Source: Methanosuratincolales archaeon (lineage in GTDB: Archaea; Thermoproteota; Methanomethylicia; Methanomethylicales; Methanomethylicaceae). Taken from it: 54,096 bases of DNA. This document shows positions 43,890-53,772 of this stretch, piece after piece. A program made the translations under genes and the position numbers. The stretch covers positions 459-54,554 of the forward strand of contig JACIVQ010000003.1 of assembly GCA_014361445.1 (NCBI GenBank). Direction: 5' to 3'. The notes beneath the pieces are model-generated. The model ran no database searches. It worked only from the letters and a program-made list of their open reading frames with translations, and had not been told where the DNA came from. The stretch's first letter is position 1. Every line of letters begins with the position of its first letter.

Positions 43890-44833
43890 TCAATCGCCCC
43901 CATTATTAAGGAAAGAAGGGCTGCCCTAACAGGCACACCGTTGCCGGCCTGCTCGAAGTAATAAGCTCTCGGGTCCTCATCGCAATCCACGGAGATCTCG
44001 TCCACACGAGGGAGAGGGTGCATTAGGCGTGTCGTGGGTTTTGCCCTTGATAATAAGGCACGGTTTATTTTGAAGATGCCTTTCACTTTGTTGTACTCGT
44101 TCTCGTCAGGGAACCTCTCTTTTTGTATCCGCGTCATGTATATGACGTCGGCAATTGATATAATGTCTTCGATTTTGGAGTGTTTAAAGTAGTCTATGTT
44201 CTTCCGCTTTAGGAAAGCCTCAACATGCTCTGGTATTTGTAGAGGGTCAGGAGCAACATACATTAATTTGCAGTTGTACAGGGACAGGGCATACGAAAGC
44301 GAGTGAACAGTCCTGCCATATTTAAGATCCCCAACCATTGCGACCGCTAGTCCGTCTATGCGTCCTTGAGTCTTTCTGATGCTATAGAGGTCCAACATTG
44401 TCTGGGTGGGGTGCTCATTTTTACCATCCCCACCGTTAATTATGGGTACTTTTTTATGTCCCCTCTTCGCTCGGTTAGTGGTGACGTCTGCCGCCCACCT
44501 TGCCGATCCGTCAAATGGATGGCGCATCACTATAAGGTCCACATAATTCGCCACAGTCTCTATGGTATCCTTGAGTGTCTCGCCCTTCATAACCGAAGTA
44601 CCTTCTACTCCTGCAAACCAGATGGTCTCGGCTCCAAGAGCGTGTGCAGCGGCGTCGAAGCTCATCCTAGTTCTAGTGCTGGGCTCGTAGAACAGGAGAC
44701 CGACTTTTTTGCCGCGAAGAAGGGCGCTGTCGTATCCACGCTCTTCCATTTTTTCAGCTGTTTTGAAGATGTGCTCAAACTCGTCTTTTGTAAAGTCTTT
44801 TATGGAGACCACATCTCTATTCAAAAAATTCAA
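43886..44833 (-). CDS. pyrB: Aspartate carbamoyltransferase catalytic subunit
   Basis: FYEPSTRTR and HPLPR motifs. 4-nt overlap with pyrI. Confidence 0.93.
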   Translation of the reverse strand: MNFLNRDVVSIKDFTKDEFEHIFKTAEKMEERGYDSALLRGKKVGLLFYEPSTRTRMSFDAAAHALGAETIWFAGVEGTSVMKGETLKDTIETVANYVDLIVMRHPFDGSARWAADVTTNRAKRGHKKVPIINGGDGKNEHPTQTMLDLYSIRKTQGRIDGLAVAMVGDLKYGRTVHSLSYALSLYNCKLMYVAPDPLQIPEHVEAFLKRKNIDYFKHSKIEDIISIADVIYMTRIQKERFPDENEYNKVKGIFKINRALLSRAKPTTRLMHPLPRVDEISVDCDEDPRAYYFEQAGNGVPVRAALLSLIMGAIE

Positions 44834-44971
44834 TCTATCTCCCCCGGAGGGGGGATCGTAATTTCCCTCGGAGGCAAAATCCGTTCTTTGTAAGAAATTA
44901 ACCCGTCACAAACTCAATTAGACCGGATATTTAAAAATTTCTTTTGTGGTTGAAAAGCTTTACAAGGAGAA

Positions 44972-45772
44972 CTAAAGTCTTTTAATTTTTGATAGTGCTT
45001 CAATGCAAAGGTCGTAATTTCCTGCCACTAGTGAGACTCTCTCGGACAAGCTTAGTGGAGAATCGAGTTCCGATCCGTCGAGGCGCAATATTGAGGCTCC
45101 GGCCTCCTTGAGTATGATATATGATGCTGCGATGTCTGTTATCCTCAAAAGATTCCTGTTGTCGACATATAAGTCCAGACCACCACTTGCCACATAACAT
45201 AGTTCCAAAGCTGCTGTGCCCATGACCCTTATGTGTTTTGCTTCCATTAACAGGGGAAGTATCTGCTCGATTTTTTTCCTATCTCTACGTACATTTACGT
45301 CAATACCTATCAGCGCATGCCTTAGGGGAGCGGGGCGGTTTACTGAGATCTTCTGATCGTCGAGGTATGCCCCCTCGCCCCTGACCGCTCTGTATGTCCT
45401 CCCAGTAGGGAGCTCCATAACTATGCCCGCAAATATGTCGGAAAGGTTACTGCCATAAGAGAGGGCTGCTGATATGGAGTAAGGGATAATCCCCCTGACT
45501 GCGTTGGTAGTCCCGTCTATTGGGTCAAGAATTAAAATCGGGTATTCCTTATTGCCGAATTGTCTCTCTCCGAGTTCCTCACTTATCAACCTGCCTTCAA
45601 AGGCGACAAGCTTAAGATACGAGACTGCGGCCTCCTCTGCAACTAAATCTATGAGTTTGGTTTTATCTCCTCCAGCACCGATCTTAACAATTTTGGAAGA
45701 GGATTGAGGGGACACTTTGGCTATAGCTTCCATCTCTGCTTTACATAAGCCCTCTAATAGTCGCAGGCTCAT
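44972..45772 (-). CDS. suhB: Inositol monophosphatase / fructose-1,6-bisphosphatase family protein
   Basis: ILDPIDGTTN and WVDNR-like (YVDNR) motifs of the IMPase fold. Confidence 0.8.
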   Translation of the reverse strand: MSLRLLEGLCKAEMEAIAKVSPQSSSKIVKIGAGGDKTKLIDLVAEEAAVSYLKLVAFEGRLISEELGERQFGNKEYPILILDPIDGTTNAVRGIIPYSISAALSYGSNLSDIFAGIVMELPTGRTYRAVRGEGAYLDDQKISVNRPAPLRHALIGIDVNVRRDRKKIEQILPLLMEAKHIRVMGTAALELCYVASGGLDLYVDNRNLLRITDIAASYIILKEAGASILRLDGSELDSPLSLSERVSLVAGNYDLCIEALSKIKRL

Positions 45773-45788
45773 AAGGAAGAGAGATATT

Positions 45789-45802
45789 AAAGATATATTT
45801 TA
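45789..45802. promoter_or_regulatory. AT-rich TATA-like box (AAAGATATATTTTA), about 25-35 nt upstream of both the tRNA-Leu 5' end and the divergent suhB start codon
   Basis: Position relative to 45827 (+) and 45772 (-). This is the only strongly AT-rich element in the 54-bp spacer. Confidence 0.35.
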
Positions 45803-45826
45803 GGGTTTACAGAATAAGAGTGGCGG

Positions 45827-45911
45827 GCGGGGGTCGCCAAGTCAGGTCAAAGGCGCAAGGCTCAGGACCTTGTGGCGTAGGCCTTCGTGGGTTCAAATCC
45901 CACCCCCCGCA
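45827..45911 (+). tRNA. tRNA-Leu, anticodon CAG, long variable arm, no encoded CCA, no intron
   Basis: Hand fold. Acceptor GCGGGGG/CCCCCGC with discriminator A. D-arm GCC...GGC. Anticodon stem CAAGG/CCTTG with loop CTCAGGA. Variable arm TGGCGTAGGCCTTC. T-arm GTGGG-TTCAAAT-CCCAC. Confidence 0.9.
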
Positions 45912-46020
45912 CTTAAGTCATCTTCCTCTAATTGATCCAATAGCCATATCCATTTAGATTTTTAACAAACCTTTCCTATCAGATATTTCACTGAGTTAAT
46001 CTTAATTTAGCGCATGGTAT

Positions 46021-46995
46021 TCATTTTTTCCTTAAAGTTTCATAGGAGCCGTAACCTCCATCTATCCCGTCTAACTTAAAACATCCAAAGGATTGTGCCA
46101 GGACCGAGATCCTTCCTGCTTCATCTTTAAAAAGTACAGGAACGGTAGGACCTGCCTTTCCCTCCAATATGTATCTGTTTCCTAAGGCATCGACGAGCTC
46201 TAGCTTTGAACTGATTGGTATTATATTATCGCGGAATTTTTGATCTAAGACTTTTATATCCATTATTGGGATATTTTTTCCATTTTTGAAAATGAAGCCG
46301 CCGATTGATTTTTTGCCGTCATTTGTTATTATTGCGGCAGGGTTGATGGCTAGGTCCTTAGAGAACCATATTACATAATAGAACCAATAATCAATATGTG
46401 TCCATTCTCTGACACCATGTGTGTGATCTCTCTGCCCCATGCATTCTTTTATTTGGTATCGCTCTTCTTCAAAAATGATCTCACCATTTACCAATGCGAT
46501 CTGTTCCCAGTGAGCGTCCCCGGACATCTCCCCTACTTTACGGGATTCTTCGGTCATGTGTTCACTGTACTCGTATACTTCGTGAATTGGTGCGAAAATT
46601 AGATCCATCTTTACAGGAGAGATTTTTAATATTAGATTAGAGTCATAAGCGGCCTTTGGTAAATCTTCTGGATCCTTTACAACTGTCATTTTGTCTTGAA
46701 AGTAGTATTTCCACCTCCCATCAGAAAGAGGCTCGTGTGTCATAGAGCCCACGCGCAGGGTCCTACCTTCTGGATAAATTTTCTTCCTTTCTAAAGCTTG
46801 GTATCCTGCCACAGTACCATCTGGTAAGAACAAGAATAGGAAAGTCATCCCCTCTTCTTTGTTTGGCTTAAAGCCCAAGCGCGTCATTCCACCAATGTTT
46901 TGTTTTTTGTCATAAAAAACAAAATAGTATGATTCATTCCATTCCCTATGAGCTTTTGGCACGTGGGTTAAGGGCTCCATTCTCTTTCCTCCCAA
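46021..46995 (-). CDS. Hypothetical beta-rich protein, 324 aa, unknown family; operon partner of the PEP-utilizing enzyme
   Basis: ORF-track entry. Starts 3 nt after the upstream stop. REWNESYYFVFYD near the N-terminus. No catalytic motif recognised. Confidence 0.55.
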   Translation of the reverse strand: MGGKRMEPLTHVPKAHREWNESYYFVFYDKKQNIGGMTRLGFKPNKEEGMTFLFLFLPDGTVAGYQALERKKIYPEGRTLRVGSMTHEPLSDGRWKYYFQDKMTVVKDPEDLPKAAYDSNLILKISPVKMDLIFAPIHEVYEYSEHMTEESRKVGEMSGDAHWEQIALVNGEIIFEEERYQIKECMGQRDHTHGVREWTHIDYWFYYVIWFSKDLAINPAAIITNDGKKSIGGFIFKNGKNIPIMDIKVLDQKFRDNIIPISSKLELVDALGNRYILEGKAGPTVPVLFKDEAGRISVLAQSFGCFKLDGIDGGYGSYETLRKK

Positions 46996-46997
46996 TT

Positions 46998-49712
46998 TTA
47001 ATTATTGGTATCTATCTCTATACTGACTACTCCATTTGTTCCATCGATCGTCACTACCTGACCAGTCTTGAAAATTTGGCACGCGTTGGGAATGTTGGTT
47101 ACTGCGGGTATTCCATATTCTCTTGAGACCACAGCACCGTGCGAAAGGATACCACCAGTCTCGGTGATTAAACCTCCAATCTTACAGAATATAGGAGTCC
47201 ATCCAGGGTCCGTGCGTGGAGCAACCAAGATTTCGCCAGTGCGGACTTGAGGGATCTCATCAATGCTCATGAGAACCCTAATAGGCGCGGTTACAAGTCC
47301 TTGACTAGCAGGAATCCCTTTTAACATCATTTTTTGGTCGCGTGGAGGGTCATTAAATTCTCTTGAACCTTGCAAGAATTTTGGTGGTGTCGTATTCTCG
47401 AACTTCAAGAATTCCATCTTTCTATCATCAATCGATTTTCGAAGGGCTTTCTGTTCCTCAGCGCTAAATTCTCCCGCTCCCAGTTTTTGAATCTCCTTTT
47501 TAGTCAGGAAGAAAACCTCTTGTGCTTCTCGCAAAATTCCTTGATCTTTCAGGATTTCCCCTACCTTTAGGTATATCTTACGGTTCATACTTATCCAGTG
47601 ATCAAGGTTAAAGCGCTGATCCTCACGGAATATTATATATTCCCTTGCAAAGCCCAAAACAATTGAAAATAGCTTCCATTTGAACCAGCCAAAATGCGTT
47701 GATTTTATTTTGCGTTCGATCTCTCTTTCCGCTTTTTCTCGCTCACTCAAATTTTCAGTACTTTTTGCAACCAAATCCCCCTCTTTAATGAGCGATTTCA
47801 AAATGTCAAAAACGTACTTGGGGGCCTCATACCACCGTGGATAGTAAGGCTCTCTTGTGAAGCCTCGAACGCCAAATTCTTTAATGAATTTTTTAAAGTC
47901 TTGCATGAAGTCTTGAATTTCAGGTTCTGTAGAAGATGAAAGGGCTTCGAATATCTGATCGGATGGTAAATTCAAAATAATCGCCTTAACCTTACTAGAG
48001 GCGCCAGCCTTTATTGAGAGCTTTTTGATCCGATCATTAGTTTCACTGGTTTTATGTTTAAGTCCAGAGATTAGCAAAGGGTATGTGCTGAGGGCAACGT
48101 CTTTGCCAAGGAATCGTGCGAGAAGGTATTGTGCCATCAGATTCATCCCTATATTGTGAACGGGTATGCCGTAACGCACAAGTCTGAAGTGCCCCACCAT
48201 CAACTGATCCAACTCTTTTGCAAAATTCAGATAATCTAAAAGATTTCTCTTCTTATCTAGTTCCGCCATCCTAGCATCGAATTTTTCTAAGAAAGGCTCA
48301 AATTTTTCTTTAGTCCATTTTTGGTAGGCTTTTGCCGTCCTTATTATAGACCCTTGTGGATCATAAAGCATCACTCGCAGTTCAGCAAGAACTCTTTTCC
48401 TGAGCCGAAAAGGTAAGTTCTTTATACTCTCCTTGCCGTAGGGTCCGCCACCATCAGGGAAGTAGTTAAGAATATCTTCATTGCGAAGAAATGGCGGGAT
48501 TTCGTATTCTACTTTTTTCCTGAGAACTTCAAGATTGAAGTATACATGAGCGCGATGAAGTTTAAGGAGCTCATCCATCTTCTTTGAGCCTTGGTTGGAA
48601 TAGCCCATGATCTTATTCAGCTCAACATTGACAATTTCGGTTAGCTGATCCCCCAAAAGCCTAAAGAATAAGGGCGTTACAGGGTCGTTCCAATAATCAT
48701 CAGAATAACCCCTACTCCATACAATCTCATCTTCTTGAGGGGGGCCCATTAATGATGTTACAGGTCTTGTCTGGAGGAGAAAGATACTTCCATCTTCGGT
48801 TATTGCCCATTCAATATCCTGTGGGCGCCCGAATAATTTTTCTACTTCACACCCCAACTCAGCAAGTTTTAGGATCTCTTCATCTCTCAAGGATTGCATT
48901 CTTTGCTTTTTATCGTCCAGCTCAAAATAATTGACTCCAGACGATTCTGCTAAATCTGCAAAATAACTTTTTGTTCCAATCTCCCTTGCTATTATTTTCA
49001 ACTGTTGACCGTTGCGAGAGACTACAAACCTATCAGGCATTACACGACCGGAAACTAATGATTCGCCTAAACCAAAGTTTGATTCAATTATTAGGCAGTC
49101 TCTCTTTGAGGAGACGGGATCTGCTGTGAAGAGGACGCCTGCGCTCTTGGGTCTCACCATAACTTGGACTATTACTGCCATTTTGATAGAGGTGTGCGAG
49201 ATTTTGCTTTTGTTTCTATATGTAATTGCTCTTGATGTCCATAAAGAGGCGAAACATCTTTTAATTTGTTCAAGCAAATTGCGCTCTCCTTTAACATTTA
49301 GAAAGGTCTCCATCTGTCCCGCAAAAGACTCGTTGGGGAGATCTTCAGATGTTGCAGATGATCGGACTGCGACACTAATGTTGGGAAGATCCTTATAGCG
49401 AGTTTTTATCTCATCGGCAACTTCGTCTGGAAGTCTAGCATTTTCAATCAATGTCTGAATTCTTTTGGAAAGTTCATCTAAGGAATTTGGATCTGCTGAT
49501 AGATCGAGTAATGTTTCAGATATGGCTTTTTCAAGATTGTTTTCTTTTAAAAAAAGCGAATAAACATCAGTAGTTACCACAAAGCCCACAGGAACCGGAA
49601 ACCCTAGGCGCAACAACTCACCTAAATTGGCTGCTTTACATCCAACTTTCCCAACATCTTCAATTCTATCTGCTAGACTGATCGTATAATTCTTTGTTGG
49701 CATATTGGCCAC
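46998..49712 (-). CDS. PEP-utilizing three-domain phosphotransferase: PpsA/PPDK-type ATP-grasp N-domain, large middle domain, C-terminal phosphohistidine swivel domain (rifampicin-phosphotransferase-like architecture), 904 aa
   Basis: N-terminus VGCKAANLGELLRLGFPVPVGFVVT. C-terminus GGLITETGGILSHGAVVSREYGIPAV (catalytic His). No PEP/pyruvate-binding TIM barrel follows the swivel domain. Confidence 0.75.
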   Translation of the reverse strand: MANMPTKNYTISLADRIEDVGKVGCKAANLGELLRLGFPVPVGFVVTTDVYSLFLKENNLEKAISETLLDLSADPNSLDELSKRIQTLIENARLPDEVADEIKTRYKDLPNISVAVRSSATSEDLPNESFAGQMETFLNVKGERNLLEQIKRCFASLWTSRAITYRNKSKISHTSIKMAVIVQVMVRPKSAGVLFTADPVSSKRDCLIIESNFGLGESLVSGRVMPDRFVVSRNGQQLKIIAREIGTKSYFADLAESSGVNYFELDDKKQRMQSLRDEEILKLAELGCEVEKLFGRPQDIEWAITEDGSIFLLQTRPVTSLMGPPQEDEIVWSRGYSDDYWNDPVTPLFFRLLGDQLTEIVNVELNKIMGYSNQGSKKMDELLKLHRAHVYFNLEVLRKKVEYEIPPFLRNEDILNYFPDGGGPYGKESIKNLPFRLRKRVLAELRVMLYDPQGSIIRTAKAYQKWTKEKFEPFLEKFDARMAELDKKRNLLDYLNFAKELDQLMVGHFRLVRYGIPVHNIGMNLMAQYLLARFLGKDVALSTYPLLISGLKHKTSETNDRIKKLSIKAGASSKVKAIILNLPSDQIFEALSSSTEPEIQDFMQDFKKFIKEFGVRGFTREPYYPRWYEAPKYVFDILKSLIKEGDLVAKSTENLSEREKAEREIERKIKSTHFGWFKWKLFSIVLGFAREYIIFREDQRFNLDHWISMNRKIYLKVGEILKDQGILREAQEVFFLTKKEIQKLGAGEFSAEEQKALRKSIDDRKMEFLKFENTTPPKFLQGSREFNDPPRDQKMMLKGIPASQGLVTAPIRVLMSIDEIPQVRTGEILVAPRTDPGWTPIFCKIGGLITETGGILSHGAVVSREYGIPAVTNIPNACQIFKTGQVVTIDGTNGVVSIEIDTNN

Positions 49713-49960
49713 TTCTTATGGAAATATGCAACATTCTTTTCTGTTTTGCTTTAATAAGCTTAAAGATTTTCTAGGTGTAAGCGACTTTTTTCCACAAACT
49801 AATTAGGATAAAAAAATGAATTGATAAATGATATGAAAAATTAAAATATAAAAATACATCTAAGTGAACATCAATTTTCACAGAAATTCCGTCAGTTGTA
49901 TTAAAATATGATAAAGATTAACCATTGTATTTAAATTGTTTTGGAGTTTAGGGAATTTCG

Positions 49961-50392
49961 GTGGCGCGGTTGGGCTATAAAACTGAGAAATCTGCAGGTT
50001 TTCTGGTATTCTTTAGAGACGGAAAAATCAGATACCTATTCCTAAAAAGGAAAGGAAAATACGACATCCCAAAAGGCCTGCAGCAGCCGGGCGAAGATGA
50101 TTTGACAACCGCATTAAGGGAGCTGGGGGAAGAGACAGGGTTGATGAAAATTAAAGTTATTCCATTTTTCAAAAAAACTATTGAATATTTCTACAGATGG
50201 GAAGGGATAACAGTAAAGAAAAAGGCAGTATATTTCCTTGGAGAGGCCAATAGTGACCAAGTAAAGATCTCCGCTGAACATGATGGATACGTCTGGATGA
50301 CTAAGGAGGAGATCCTCTCTAAAATTGCTTACAGGAATTTGAAGGACCTTGTGGAGGAGGCAGATAGATTTATAGCAAAACTAAATCAATAA
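49961..50392 (+). CDS. Nudix hydrolase
   Basis: Nudix box GLQQPGEDDLTTALRELGEETGL (Gx5Ex7REUxEExGU). Confidence 0.85.
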   Translation: MARLGYKTEKSAGFLVFFRDGKIRYLFLKRKGKYDIPKGLQQPGEDDLTTALRELGEETGLMKIKVIPFFKKTIEYFYRWEGITVKKKAVYFLGEANSDQVKISAEHDGYVWMTKEEILSKIAYRNLKDLVEEADRFIAKLNQ

Positions 50393-50609
50393 GTTCATCA
50401 CCTCTTGAATGATTTGGGAGTCATGCTCTAAATATTAAAACATAGTTAAAGAGTAAAGAATTTGATTAATTATATTTAAAGTGACAAAATCAACGTGTAA
50501 ATTTTTTCATTTATCGATCGAAAAGTTTGCCGTCATGAGCACATGATGTCGAGCCACCATTGTAAGTTTTATTAAATACCTTTGTGCTTTTTGATCAGGT
50601 GTCTTTCTT

Positions 50610-51194
50610 TTGAAGGAGATAAATGGTATTGTCCTCTCATGGGTTGTGATAAGTTTCTGTTTTTCTCTATCGTCTATATTTGAGCCTTCTCTATTTCTTG
50701 CCACCTTCATAGTATCCGCCCTGACGGCTGGAATAGGGTTTTTGCTCCATGAACTTGCACATAGAACTACTGCAAGGCGCAATGGGTGCTACGCCTATTA
50801 TCAAGTATGGTTATGGGGCCTAATCTTGGCACTTTTTATCTCAATAGTCTCGGCAGGAAGATTTGTTTTTGCCGCACTTGGGGCGGTCTATATAGAACCT
50901 ATGATTTTATCACCACATATAGACGAGAAGGGCATAAGAAGAGTATATGGGAAGATCTCCCTCTCCGGACCTTCTATGAATCTCCTGCTAGCGATATTCT
51001 TCATATGCATGATGAGTGTGGGCGGGATCGTTGCAGAAATATCATATATTGGACTTAGAATTAACCTTTGGCTCGCAGCGTTCAACCTCTTGCCATTTCC
51101 CCCACTTGACGGTTCTAAAGTCTTTGCCTGGTCGAAAATAATATGGGCAATATTCGCTGTTCCAACATGGATATTTGTTCTGTTCATATCGTGA
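50610..51194 (+). CDS. M50 (site-2 protease family) membrane metalloprotease, small archaeal type
   Basis: HELAH zinc motif within a TM helix and NLLPFPPLDG second motif. TTG start is uncertain. Confidence 0.75.
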   Translation: MKEINGIVLSWVVISFCFSLSSIFEPSLFLATFIVSALTAGIGFLLHELAHRTTARRNGCYAYYQVWLWGLILALFISIVSAGRFVFAALGAVYIEPMILSPHIDEKGIRRVYGKISLSGPSMNLLLAIFFICMMSVGGIVAEISYIGLRINLWLAAFNLLPFPPLDGSKVFAWSKIIWAIFAVPTWIFVLFIS

Positions 51195-51251
51195 TTTTTG
51201 CCCTCGATTGCCCAGCTCAGATAAGAAGATCGCTAAACCTTAAATTTCCTA

Positions 51252-52451
51252 ATGCTCAACCTTCTAATGGTCTTTCTTATGAATGGAATAGATTATGAGG
51301 TCTCTTTGCTTAGAGACTTGGTAGAGATAGACACTGATGTGATGAAAAAAGCGGGATACTCCGATTGTGCCTCTCTAATAAAAGAAAAAATGAAGGAGTT
51401 AGGACTGAAAGTCGAAGTCTTTGACCCAAATTTGGCTGACGGGATAAAGCGTCCCAGCGTTATTGGTACCTTAGATGTTGGATCGGACACAACAATAGGA
51501 TTCGTCACTCATTATGACGTGGTGCCTCCTGGTGAGGGATGGACCAAGCCTCCTTTTAGACTTACTTTAGATGATGGAAAAGCCTATGGAAGGGGAGCCG
51601 CAGATGATAAGAGCGCCATAGCAGCTTCTCTGGGCGCTGTAAACATTGTGAGAGACAATGCGCGATTTAACATTAAAATTATTGCATCTCCTGAGGAGGA
51701 AATTGGGGGAGAGTGGGGAATAGGTTACCTGATGCGAATGATTGGAATTAATTTTGATTTTGGAATAATTGTTGACTCAATGCCAAATATTGTATCAATA
51801 GGAGCCAGCGGAATAGTACAAGGAGAGATTAAAGTCGTTGGTAAGCAAGGGCATGCAGGATACCCCCACAGGGCAATCAATCCAGTTCACGAACTCTCTA
51901 AGTTGATAAATGAATTTGAAAAATTCATCAAGTTGCGCGAAGGAAAACTCTCTTCAGCAGATGCACCTCCGGGATCTCCAAAGAAGAAGGTTTGGGGGCG
52001 GCTTTCTTTCACCATGCTTGGTGGCGGTATAAAAGAAAATGTAATACCTTCAGAGGCTTGGACTCGTTTTGATATGCGCTTACTACCTGAAGAAGATCCA
52101 GAGGTTGCTAAGAAAGAAATGCTAGAGTTTTTTGAGAGTGTTAAAAATGTCATAAAGGGTTTTGCGACAATTTCCTTTAAAGGTACGGATAGAGGTTATT
52201 TGACTTCTCCAACAAACAGATTCGTTAAGTCTTTTGTCGAGTCGACGAAGATCGTATTTGGTTCGCCCTTACCACTCGCTGCTTCATTGGGAGGGGATGA
52301 TGGTAGATTTCTAGCGGACAGAGGAATACCAGTTGTGAGCTATGGCACAATTGCGGAGGATACGAACTTTCATGGTGTGGACGAGTATGTGCATCTCAAA
52401 GATTTAAAGAATGTGAGGGACGTTTTCGTAAACTTCATAAAGAGAAACTAA
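51252..52451 (+). CDS. M20 family metallopeptidase (ArgE/DapE/LysK-like deacylase)
   Basis: HYDVVPPGEGW, GRGAADDKSAIAA and SPEEEIGG metal-ligand motifs. The start is possibly an internal Met near 51279. Confidence 0.8.
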   Translation: MLNLLMVFLMNGIDYEVSLLRDLVEIDTDVMKKAGYSDCASLIKEKMKELGLKVEVFDPNLADGIKRPSVIGTLDVGSDTTIGFVTHYDVVPPGEGWTKPPFRLTLDDGKAYGRGAADDKSAIAASLGAVNIVRDNARFNIKIIASPEEEIGGEWGIGYLMRMIGINFDFGIIVDSMPNIVSIGASGIVQGEIKVVGKQGHAGYPHRAINPVHELSKLINEFEKFIKLREGKLSSADAPPGSPKKKVWGRLSFTMLGGGIKENVIPSEAWTRFDMRLLPEEDPEVAKKEMLEFFESVKNVIKGFATISFKGTDRGYLTSPTNRFVKSFVESTKIVFGSPLPLAASLGGDDGRFLADRGIPVVSYGTIAEDTNFHGVDEYVHLKDLKNVRDVFVNFIKRN

Positions 52452-52546
52452 ATTATGGGCGAGGTAAATGGAATAATGTGATGCTGTATTTATTTTATTT
52501 TCATATGGTTTATATTTAGCCATTTGTATCTAGGAAGAATCTGTAA

Positions 52547-53671
52547 ATGGTGGCGGGAGAAAAATCTATGAAACCTTATCTAGTCGTGGCTAGCATTAAC
52601 CCTCTAATAAACTTATTAGACGAGATTGAGGAGCTCGTCAAAACTTCGACAAAGGTGATAGTCATCGATGAGGGAGATTCTTTAGTCCGTGAAAAGAACG
52701 ACAAGATCCTGAAAGAAGTAGAAAGAAGTTATTATGGTCCAGCCGAGCGCAGAAATTGGTTCAGGGAAAGGTTCGGTCAATTTTATGAAAAATATGCATC
52801 AATAGTTCCTGAAAGGGCACATGCAGAGACAAGTTTTGGGTTTCTTGTTGCTCTAGAAGAAGGTGCAGATTTTATAATCGAATTGGACGATGACGTCCTC
52901 ATAAAAGGGCTTATTGAAGGGCACCAATCGAATTTGTTTGAGAATTCGGGGGAGACCGTTTACTCCAAATCGAAGTGGTATAATACGTTGGATCTGCTAG
53001 TTCTTAATTCTGATGGCAGATATTTCCCCAGGGGGCACCCCTATGCTATTGAGACAAGGGTTGAAGATTATAGGTGGCAAAAACAAGGAGGATGTTGTGT
53101 CCTAAACATGGGGCATTGGTTAGGAAACCCTGATTTTGATGCGCTTACTATCCTATATAATGGCGGGCTAGACGGGAGGTGTAAGATTTTCGGAGAAAGC
53201 GTAAAAAAAGAGAAAGTAATAGTAGGCAAAGGTACATACTTCGCAGTGTGCAGTATGAATACTTCGTTTGTCGCAAAGGTTGTACCAGCCTTCTACCAGC
53301 TGTATATGAATGTCATGGGGATTGACCGGTTTGATGATATTTGGTCTGGTCTGTTTCTAAAGCGAATAGCAGATCATTTGGGAGACCTTGTATGTCTCGG
53401 CAAACCGATAGGGATACATGAAAAGAGACCAAGGAGCACATTCAACGATCTCAGGAAGGAATTAGAGGGCATGATTATTAATGAGTGGTTGTGGAAAGCG
53501 GTTGACAATTGTGATCTTTCAGGCAGTAGTTATGCGGATTGCTATCTTTCCTTGGTAGAAGCCTTAAAGACTGAAATAAACAATATGAGTAATGAGGTCT
53601 TCAAAAAATTCATGTCAATTCAACTTGATAAGATGCGGCTTTGGGTTGAAACAATAGATGCCATATATTAA
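52547..53671 (+). CDS. Reversibly-glycosylated-polypeptide (RGP, GT75)-like glycosyltransferase/mutase family protein
   Basis: DDDV motif and MNTSF...IDRFDDIWSGLFLKRIADHLG, which closely parallels the plant RGP segment RYDDMWAGWCVKVICDHLG. The start is possibly ATG 52568. Confidence 0.6.
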   Translation: MVAGEKSMKPYLVVASINPLINLLDEIEELVKTSTKVIVIDEGDSLVREKNDKILKEVERSYYGPAERRNWFRERFGQFYEKYASIVPERAHAETSFGFLVALEEGADFIIELDDDVLIKGLIEGHQSNLFENSGETVYSKSKWYNTLDLLVLNSDGRYFPRGHPYAIETRVEDYRWQKQGGCCVLNMGHWLGNPDFDALTILYNGGLDGRCKIFGESVKKEKVIVGKGTYFAVCSMNTSFVAKVVPAFYQLYMNVMGIDRFDDIWSGLFLKRIADHLGDLVCLGKPIGIHEKRPRSTFNDLRKELEGMIINEWLWKAVDNCDLSGSSYADCYLSLVEALKTEINNMSNEVFKKFMSIQLDKMRLWVETIDAIY

Positions 53672-53772
53672 ATTGTTTTAATATTGGAGTCAATTTTAAC
53701 AGCTCTTCTATTGATAATTTCCTATTTATATTAATTTTTAACACTTTCTTTGCGAGAAAATTTGATATTGGC

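Noticed and set aside
45827-45911. tRNA-Leu as a demonstrable att site with a duplicated 3' half marking an island end
   Set aside because: Scanning the spacers downstream (45912-46020, 49713-49960, 50393-50609, 53672-53772) by eye, I found no copy of GGGTTCAAATCCCACCCCCCGC or a sizeable part of it. Only the compositional drop supports an island.
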